Source: Eukaryota sp. TZLM1-RC (lineage: Eukaryota; Protista; Metamonada: BaSk clade). From it: a DNA stretch of 64,000 nt. Position numbers and translations under genes: made by a program. The stretch is from contig JAUPSS010000007.1 of the NCBI GenBank assembly GCA_040285825.1, positions 2,082,689-2,146,688 of the forward strand. Reading direction: 5' to 3'. The notes below the pieces were generated by a model. That model searched no databases and had not been told where the DNA came from. It saw nothing but the letters and a program-made list of their open reading frames with translations. Positions 56,077 to 64,000 of the stretch are shown in pieces (the first letter of the stretch is position 1; each line of letters opens with the position of its first letter).

Positions 56077-57564
56077 TTGCCCTTTAAACATTGGAGTTTA
56101 ACAATGAGGTGCCGGTGTTCTCTTTCTGCATCTGCATTGCGTCCTTTTGTGCAACTATGTGAGAACCCTCATCCACATACAATCATTTCAATGAATTCAT
56201 CTGACGTTTCCCGAGTGTTATCCAATGCCAGATGTTCCAACCATACACGTTGTTTCGCACGTGTCTTGAGCTATATGACCCAGGCTCCTTCTGAATCAGT
56301 CTCACTAACCAAACTTTCCTTTCCTTTTAAAATGTACACTACTCCCCAATCCAAGATTCATACCTGCTGCCAATCACTACTTAGTTACAATCCTCCACCT
56401 CCTATCCACCATCCTTACGCTACTTCCTCCTCTCGTGGTTCATATACCAAGTTTTCATCAACCTTGTTCTCTTACAATTTTCTTGATCAACCATTTTCTC
56501 TACCGTCAAGTCCTGACGACTACTCCATTGATGTCCTCTCCGACTATGCCAATGAACATGCTCGCCTCAAAGCCAAGGTTGCCATTCCAAATAAGCATGG
56601 GAGTTTTTATCCTACTGTTCTTGACGCCTTTCTCAACGACCCTAAATGGCTGAGCAAGTGTATTGAGGGAACCAATCCTTTGAGAAACGGGATGACCTCC
56701 GAATCTCTGAGAGAATCAATGTGGAGGGAGTCCAGAAGAGGATTGAATTGCAGGGAGGCCACTCAATTTTTTCCATCAAAAGTCAAGAGTTTTCTGACTC
56801 ACGTGATGGGAAAAGTCTTGTATGGTCAATATAATGGGTCAAAACTACCAACACAAGGTCAAAATGATGAGTCAAATCAAGTCTGTGAGGGTCAGGAATT
56901 ACCAAGACCACTTTCCTCTTTGAGAGTTTTAGATCCCTGTGCAGGTTGGGGTGATCGTTTGGCTGGGTTTATGGCTGGGAATGTTGATTTTTACATGGGT
57001 TGTGATCCGAATTCTGATTTGTTCAATGGGTACGAAAATTTAAAAAATTGGATGAAAACTGCTGGGAGTCGGACGAATGTTGAGCTCATCAATAGCCCCT
57101 TTGAAAATTTGGACCTGTCAGATTATCATGAATATTTCGATCTTGTTTTTACTGGCCCGCCTTTCTTTGATTTTGAAAAATACACCAACATTGAGGGCCA
57201 ATCAATTGACGATTGTAATGATTGTAACGATTGGCTTTCTGATTGGTTGTTTCCGATGTGTATCAAATCAGTAGCTGCCCTTAAATACGATGGGATATTG
57301 GCCTTGTACATTGCAGATTTGTTCAAACCTTTTGTTTTTGTTGAACCTTTATGTTTATTCATGGAGATTTGGTCTTGTTGTAAGTACTTTGGTCCAGTAT
57401 CTTTTATCAGTGGAAGAAATCTTCATCGGCCTATTTGGATTTGGAAAAAAGGTCAATCAAAGTCAAATGATGATGTGAGAGTTGCCGAAGCCAGAAAAGT
57501 TTTTGAAAAGGAGTACAAGGTTCTTTATGATAAGTGTTGTGATCAATTTGATTGTCATAAGTGA
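56077..57564 (+). CDS. SAM-dependent amino-type (N6A/N4C) DNA methyltransferase-like protein
   Basis: Motif I VLDPCAGWGDRL, YMGCDPN, motif IV-like FDLVFTGPPFFDFEKY; start codon uncertain. Confidence 0.78.
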   Translation: MPFKHWSLTMRCRCSLSASALRPFVQLCENPHPHTIISMNSSDVSRVLSNARCSNHTRCFARVLSYMTQAPSESVSLTKLSFPFKMYTTPQSKIHTCCQSLLSYNPPPPIHHPYATSSSRGSYTKFSSTLFSYNFLDQPFSLPSSPDDYSIDVLSDYANEHARLKAKVAIPNKHGSFYPTVLDAFLNDPKWLSKCIEGTNPLRNGMTSESLRESMWRESRRGLNCREATQFFPSKVKSFLTHVMGKVLYGQYNGSKLPTQGQNDESNQVCEGQELPRPLSSLRVLDPCAGWGDRLAGFMAGNVDFYMGCDPNSDLFNGYENLKNWMKTAGSRTNVELINSPFENLDLSDYHEYFDLVFTGPPFFDFEKYTNIEGQSIDDCNDCNDWLSDWLFPMCIKSVAALKYDGILALYIADLFKPFVFVEPLCLFMEIWSCCKYFGPVSFISGRNLHRPIWIWKKGQSKSNDDVRVAEARKVFEKEYKVLYDKCCDQFDCHK

Positions 57565-57814
57565 TTTTTAGCACTGTAGTTATAAAACAACTGCATATTA
57601 ACTACTAATAAAAGTGACTAAATAGTTTTTAAAAAGTATTACAAAAGAATTAATTGAAATATTTTTTTAAAATTTTTTGAAAATTTTGAAACTTTGAAAT
57701 TTTGAAACTTTGAAATTTTTGATGTATTGTATTAACAATACTTTCAATAATAATAGAAAACTCTTGATAGTTTTGGAGAAATTTTCTTTTCAACATTGTT
57801 GATTAATTTGCGAA

Positions 57815-59392
57815 TTAAACCTTTTTTCTATCTTCAATTAACTCAATTGCTTTATTCAAGGAATTAATGGTTGAGTTTAACTGAACAGAGATGACACCAA
57901 TTATAGAATTGGGCTGACTTCTGATGAATTCCTCTATTATTGACCTATATTTAAGAACTACTTGTTCAAATTTTACCCTATCTTTGACCTTTGCAGACCA
58001 AAAATGTCTTAAAATTTCACTTGCACAGAGCTGAAAAGTTGCCATTTGACTCACAACATTTTCAGGAAGTTCTAAGCTCATAATTCCTCTTTGGTCACGT
58101 GATTTGATTGATTTCATGACGTCAGCAATGGCATTCCAACAACTAGTAAAATCAATATTCATCCCTAATGCTTTATAATTCTCCAAAGACTCAACGAACT
58201 TCTTAATCACGTGATCATTTTGAGCTAGTTCTTGACTTTCCACGACCTTGTCCTCGGTTGGTGGAAGTAAATTCCATTTGGTTTCCTCTTTGTCAATCAA
58301 GACTCCATCGACAGCAGTCAAGCTTGACTCTGATTGACTCTTATCGAGATCAGAAACTACACGTTTCCCATGTAAATTAAGCTCTTTAACTATAACTTCC
58401 TGATTAATATCTGCATCTTCTTCTATATCAACTCCAGTTTTTTGCACAATTTCGACCAAAGTCCCAGTTTCCCTTGAGTTCTCACGAAAAGGCCATAATT
58501 CAACAGACTCTTCATGACTGTAATCAATCGTCACGTTTCCTTTTTGAGCTTCATTTTGAACTGTTCTACTTTTTTCAGCATTGAAGAACTTCTTTGCGAT
58601 ATCAGAAAGTTCTTCAACATTCAACTTCATCGACAAACGCTGCCTCCTATACTCATAGTATTGAACCCAAAAATTGCTCTCGTCAGCAGAATTATGAACT
58701 AGGTCAAAATACAGCTCCTTGAGTTGAGGAAATTCAAGGAAAAATGATTCCTTTTCTGATTGAGTTAATTGAAAGGTGATTTTATTGGCAGAATGACTTG
58801 AACTCGTAAAGAACCCTGGCAAAGAAGAAGTAATCGCGGGTGATTGCCCAATATCACAACGTAAATAATTACTAAACCGAGACCAAAACAAATCTTCACT
58901 CAAAAACCCCTTTGCTACTAGATTTCTATGCAACAACCCCAAAGTGCTTGGGTTGGCTTCTAGTATTGCTCTACGTTTAACAATCTCATGCGATACTTGG
59001 TTATGGATGGAGCTAGAGGGCTGAGGTGTGGGTTCTGAAGGAGGTGGAGGGGGTGGAGCAGTGGTGGAAAGCAGTGGAGAGTTCTTTTTGAGAATAGTGA
59101 AGGCAGCATCACGATCTGCTTGTTTATTAGACGATGTAAACTCGAAATTGTGCCCAGGATGTCTGGGATCTGTTACAATGGTTTCTGATTCAACAATCTT
59201 CATAATAACGTGAGGTTTTTGAGGTGTTTCCTTAGAGCGAAATACACCAGCAACAGAAGACAGTGGAATAACAACGGGAGGAACACGAGGACCAAAGAAA
59301 CGAACTGAAGAAGTGTCGATTGCGAGTGTTCCATGGTGTCTAAGATTTGATAAGTAATCGACTGAAAACTCGCCAAGGACAGTGGGGGTCAT
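57815..59392 (-). CDS. GTF2H1: TFIIH p62 subunit (PH domain plus two BSD domains)
   Basis: N-terminal PH-like segment; ILEANP...LV..G.LSEDLFW; FLEFPQLKELY...ESNFW; EILRHFW. Confidence 0.85.
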   Translation of the reverse strand: MTPTVLGEFSVDYLSNLRHHGTLAIDTSSVRFFGPRVPPVVIPLSSVAGVFRSKETPQKPHVIMKIVESETIVTDPRHPGHNFEFTSSNKQADRDAAFTILKKNSPLLSTTAPPPPPPSEPTPQPSSSIHNQVSHEIVKRRAILEANPSTLGLLHRNLVAKGFLSEDLFWSRFSNYLRCDIGQSPAITSSLPGFFTSSSHSANKITFQLTQSEKESFFLEFPQLKELYFDLVHNSADESNFWVQYYEYRRQRLSMKLNVEELSDIAKKFFNAEKSRTVQNEAQKGNVTIDYSHEESVELWPFRENSRETGTLVEIVQKTGVDIEEDADINQEVIVKELNLHGKRVVSDLDKSQSESSLTAVDGVLIDKEETKWNLLPPTEDKVVESQELAQNDHVIKKFVESLENYKALGMNIDFTSCWNAIADVMKSIKSRDQRGIMSLELPENVVSQMATFQLCASEILRHFWSAKVKDRVKFEQVVLKYRSIIEEFIRSQPNSIIGVISVQLNSTINSLNKAIELIEDRKKV

Positions 59393-59882
59393 TCAAAGGT
59401 GAAAGAAATGTTGTCCATGATTTTTAATAATTGTCAACTCTTGGTTCATCTTTTGGCTCCATGTTGGAAAATTAGTTCAAACATACTGATAGTATTAGCT
59501 CTACGGCTGCGGTCGTTGCGAAACATCAAATTGTAAGGAGAGTGACCAAATAATAATAACTCTACTTATAGTAAAATTAATTCAAAGTTGCACAATCGGG
59601 AATCCTGGTGTTTGATAATCCGCGCTTAATCTAGCTTTCTGTACCGAATCTCAGAATAGTTTACCTTTAGTGTGACTAAATCAGTGTTTAGTTTGGTTTT
59701 AGTAGGTCAACTTTTGCCCAACACTAATTGGACTGTATTCGCCAATGATAACAATTAACACGAAATTTATAGGAATTTTATTCAAAATATCTGCAAGAAT
59801 ACACCAAAGTTAAATTTGAACAACTTCTTGGAAAGCTATAGTTAAGCTATAGTTAAGGTTTGTTGTCTGGTTTTTAATTGTG

Positions 59883-61004
59883 TCATTGCGGATAAATTTC
59901 TTGGATAACTTTTTTCAACATTTGGCCAGATCGCGTCGTCTCTCGAAGGTTCCACTCTCGTGCCAACTCAAAGTCTCTTTCAGTAAAGACATGGCGTTCC
60001 CAATTATCGTTCCTATACAAAAACATACGGGGTAAGAAAACCCAAACATCTGCATTATTCTTTGCACAGCTAAGCATTGCTGATGGACGTGTGATTCCTA
60101 GAGAATCGTTAATCGATGAGGCATTGATTTCATGGTAATCTAAAACATACTGAATCAAAGTGATGATCATTTCAAGAATTGTTTTCTTTTCTGACTGAGT
60201 TACATGGTGACCGAAGTGCTTGCTTATGTTATATGCGTTCCAGAAGTACCAATACCATGTACGACGACCTTCGTGGTGTTTTTGTAACTGTTTACAAAAT
60301 GTCTGAATAACACCTGGAGCTCGGATGAGGAAGTAGTTCTCAGTGATACTGTTTAAATGCATGGCTCTATAGAGAACCCAGCTTGAGCTAGAAGAGTATT
60401 CGAATCGGGGCCCTGTGTTTCGGATCAAAATGAGGGGGTGTTCAACCAATCTGTGGTTAACGTCCCAATGTTTTGTAATCAGAAAGCGATTTAAGTTTCT
60501 CTTATTGGCATCGACCCACATACTTCGGGCTTGAAGGGCCTTGTCTCGGGAGCGTTTATCTGGTACATGTTTGTTGAAGTAATACGCGTATTTAGAGTCA
60601 AAAAGGAATTTTTCTTGACGAATAAGATCGGGGCAACTTCTACGGAGTTTCTCTCTTACAGAGTCTCTAGCGCTTGTGGTGAATTTTGCATCAACTTCCG
60701 GGACAACGATGGGATCTCGGCTATGGCATCTGCTGAATTCTGTATCCTTTCCGCTTTGATGAGGTTTTGAATGCCGTTGATTTGATTTATTACGGCTGTC
60801 TTCTCGGACTGGTGATTCAGGCTGATTATTCGATTCTTGGTGCGATGGTTTTGGGTTTTCGGAGGATTCTTGGATTGTTGATTGTGGGCTGCTGTTTGTG
60901 TTAGGAATAGAACCATCATTATTCTCAAGTGCATTTGATTCGGATGAAGCCGCAAAACTCGTGGATTGGTGTGTTAGCTCAACTTTGGAACAAGTGGTTC
61001 CCAT
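59883..61004 (-). CDS. Hypothetical protein with a putative N-terminal acylation motif
   Basis: 373-aa ORF beginning MGTTCS. Confidence 0.7.
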   Translation of the reverse strand: MGTTCSKVELTHQSTSFAASSESNALENNDGSIPNTNSSPQSTIQESSENPKPSHQESNNQPESPVREDSRNKSNQRHSKPHQSGKDTEFSRCHSRDPIVVPEVDAKFTTSARDSVREKLRRSCPDLIRQEKFLFDSKYAYYFNKHVPDKRSRDKALQARSMWVDANKRNLNRFLITKHWDVNHRLVEHPLILIRNTGPRFEYSSSSSWVLYRAMHLNSITENYFLIRAPGVIQTFCKQLQKHHEGRRTWYWYFWNAYNISKHFGHHVTQSEKKTILEMIITLIQYVLDYHEINASSINDSLGITRPSAMLSCAKNNADVWVFLPRMFLYRNDNWERHVFTERDFELAREWNLRETTRSGQMLKKVIQEIYPQ

Positions 61005-61195
61005 TGAGATTGAACAATTGAAATATTTGCAAAATTCTGTATCTGTATCTAAACTTTCATACTAGAATTGAAATCTGCATAATAACCAAGAATAGTTTAC
61101 ATTCTAAATTTCAGCATCTTTTCAACATACTACAACACTATACTGCTGAAAACAATATGTTTTACATGTAATTTTTCAATGTATTAGTTTCAATT

Positions 61196-61314
61196 TGTTG
61201 CCGATATGCAGGCCTGCTGTTCGTGTTGTTATTAATTGTTAGATAAGGCGGGTTAGGATAAAGATAATTTTATTGATACCTATTTAATATAAGCCTGATA
61301 AAAGCCCCGTGGCA
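61196..61314 (-). repeat. Possible solo or degenerate LTR related to family 1
   Basis: Begins TGTTGCC, contains GATAAAGATAATTTTATT and ATAAAAGCC as in the family 1 LTR; right end and TSD not resolved. Confidence 0.35.
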
Positions 61315-61715
61315 CGCTGTTAAGCCTTCCTAATTTTATCATGAGGGTATAGAACGTTAGATCTTAATGAAACATATATAATATAAACTAAGTTACTCAC
61401 TATCGAGATACCTACATTTTATGCTTGAAAAATCCAAGCATCATTCCAACCTGGAATGATGTTTCTTCGTTTTCTGTTTCACTATGTTTCCAAAGTGCCC
61501 TTAGTAAGAACAATGTTTTTCTTGCTATGATAACATAGGAGTGTTGTGGAAATTTACTTGTATTCAAACAATGTTAATGTCTTAAACAAATTTTTTCAGG
61601 ATTGAAATAAAATAAAATTGCCTAATGATCTTTCAAACCAAAAACGGATAAAGAGATAAAGAGAATGATTTGAAAGTATGTTTGCAATTGTTGTATCACT
61701 AAAAGGTTATCAACA

Positions 61716-62050
61716 ATGAATATAAATCAAATACAAATCTGGGCCAAATGTTTTCCCCAATTAAGTCAAGAAATTACCACCCGATCTCTTTTAAATTTGC
61801 AGTTTTGCTGTAAAAAGCTTCAACATACACTGTCAAAGATTTCTGAAAGCTTGGATTTTGATGTTGAAATCCCATTTTGCAAAACTTTTACAAGATGTGT
61901 GTAATAGTACATCTACTGCTTTAATAACACCCATTGCTCAAGTATATAATACTCTCTTAACTGATTCTGCTTGGACTTTGAATATGAGATTTCTTTCCTT
62001 TATCAGGCCTGATAATTTGCCTCATAATTTAATTTGTAAATGTTCTCGGA
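61716..62050 (+). pseudogene. Degenerate post-RT fragment of a diverged CRE-like family
   Basis: IWAKCFPQ...LLNL...LQHTL...NMR...LICKCS parallels KWGRCFPQ...VLNL...LQKRL in 21271-21939. Confidence 0.6.
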
Positions 62051-62061
62051 ATTTTTTTTTT

Positions 62062-64000
62062 CTTCCTCTACATATAACCGTTTAACTTAAAACCTGGCTG
62101 AACCGAGATCATTGCTTCTATTCTTTCTTGTTGATGTCTGAATCAGTTTCTGATTCTAATGGAGTCAAAAGAAAGAACGATAGTCAACAAGATGCTCAAG
62201 ACGTCCTTTCCACCTCTCCTCCTCAACCTCTTCTCTCTTCATTTTTGGACAAAAAAAATTCTGATCAAGAATTTTTAGACAATCACGATGAAAAAAAAGT
62301 TTGTTCAAAAACAAAGCCACGCTCCTACAGATGCTCAAAGTGTCGACAACAGGGACATAATGCTCGAACATGCCCCAATGTTGGAAAAAATGATGCGGCA
62401 AATTCTGAAACAAAATGTAAAAAGAAAATTTATTAGAAGGAAAGAGTCTAAGGTAGAACCCATAAATAATGCTCCACAAGTTGTTGCAAAACCAGTTAGC
62501 AATCGATTGAAGCACAAAACGTGCAACACTTGTGGTATTTCTTTTAGAAAAAATGCAAAAGGAAAAACTTCTGATCGCTGCTTGAAATGCCGCATAGTTG
62601 ATAACTACCATCCTCCTATAAGAATACCTCAAGAAATTCATCCGACCAAATGCAATGAATTTGCTTTCGTTTTTCAAAGATTTTTGGATCAATTATGTAA
62701 AGGAAAGTATGCTATCAATATTATTTGGGAATTTTTTGGTTCTTTTTGTCCTCCTTTTGAACAAAATTTCGTTAATATTTCCGAAGATTTAACCAATATA
62801 GCACCGAGAAATCAGTCATCCGAGAAATTAAGTAAAATTTTTGAAGACAAATGCTTTGACAACAAATGGTCCAAGGCTTTGTCAGCTTTAAGTCCCGGAG
62901 TCAAAGCACCGAACAATGAAGATACAGTAGATAAACTGAAAATACTTCATCCTTATGAAGACCCTGTTATGGATCAAAATTTTTACGGCACATACTGGGA
63001 AAATTATCCATTGATGCCATCAGAAGTTTTTTCGGTTATCAAAAAGAGACCTCGTGGTAAGTCTGCCGGACTTTCTGGTATTACTATTGATCATGTAAAA
63101 GCCGCGATTATTTCTTCAGAAGATTGCCTTGGTTTAATGACCAAATTTTTCAACCAAATATTATCTGGTCAACGCAAGTACCCAGAAGAATTAAGAAGTT
63201 CTCGTTTGACTGCACTTGTCAAAAATTCAAAAATGGATGTTCGTCCTATTGCAGTCTCTGAGAGCTTACATAATATTTTTTCTGCGTGTTGCTTAAGCAG
63301 GTTCAATGAAAAAGCTAAAAAGATTGTATTACCCTTTCAATATGGTATAAATACTACAGATGGAGTCTCTTCAGCGATTTTTGCTACTGATGTCTTATTT
63401 CGTCAAAATGAATCCAATGTTTGCATGTCATTGGATTTTAGTAATGCTTTCAATTCGCTAAGTCGTCGCAGTATCCATGGTGCTCTATTGCAATATATGC
63501 CAGAATTAATACCATATTTTCAATCAACATATTGCACATATTCTAATTTACATTTTGGTAACAACATTTTGATTTCATCCAGTGGCGTAAAGCAAGGAGA
63601 TCCGTTAGGACCTCTTTTGTTTTGTTTGGCCATTCATCCTATTCTACTGCAAATTCAAGAGATGTTTCCTTCACTAAAAATGATTGCATATATGGATGAT
63701 GTTGTGCTTATTGGTGAATTAAATATTGTGAAAAAAGCAACTGTATGTTTTAAAGAATTATTTACCAAAATTGGTCTCCGACTTAATTTACTTAAATGTG
63801 TTTTGTTATCGAATTCTCCAGTTTCCACAATAATTGATGATATTGAAATTCAAGCAAAATTATATTCAATTGATGCTATTCGTCATTTGGGTTCGTTTTT
63901 AGGAAATAATGATGAAATTACCAAAAAATTGTTTGAAAAGTTGAACTCAATTTCTGACAAAATTGACCGAATGATGAATTTAGATATAAAAAAACACATC
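62062..64000 (+). mobile_element. CRE-like non-LTR retrotransposon, 5' part; RT frame open from 62279 to the window end
   Basis: CCHC knuckle CSKCRQQGHNARTC (ORF 62128-62436); in the +1 frame CNTC...CLKC, LHP, RPIAV, GVKQGDPLGP, AYMDD with no stop to 64000. Confidence 0.9.

Noticed and set aside
57675-57720. TTTGAAA-type repeats as telomeric or functional repeats
   Set aside because: Short, irregular low-complexity tract between convergent genes.

Overview
AT-rich, apparently intronless eukaryotic DNA (probably a compact protist genome; inference from the YIPF, TFIIH p62, cytosolic HisRS and CCT6 homologues and the absence of introns). More than half of the window is mobile DNA. 1-19.9 kb is a nested stack of three chromodomain-type Ty3/gypsy LTR elements with 81-bp LTRs, sitting in a CRE-like non-LTR element. 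A second gypsy family occupies 43.1-49.9 kb. There is also a MULE (TIRs, 9-bp TSD), a hAT (TIRs, 8-bp TSD) and several CRE-like non-LTR copies. The most notable content is a concentration of Fanzor (eukaryotic TnpB-like RNA-guided nuclease) loci from about four families. (i) A 1010-aa ORF at 35908-38940 fuses a family-B DNA polymerase-type 3'-5' exonuclease domain to a complete Fanzor whose RuvC-III Asp is Asn. (ii) A Fanzor at 29.5-31.4 kb has a ~270-nt structured downstream region duplicated at 53.6-54.2 kb, which delimits the putative omegaRNA and guide boundary directly from sequence. (iii) Two decayed Fanzors, one with a pseudoknot-like 3' RNA. Three Fanzor right ends sit 25-105 bp upstream of co-oriented host start codons. 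Host genes: YIPF4-like, NAD-dependent epimerase, HisRS, ADIP/SSX2IP-like, an amino-type DNA methyltransferase-like protein, TFIIH p62 and several hypotheticals. All family assignments come from motif recognition by eye; no searches were run.
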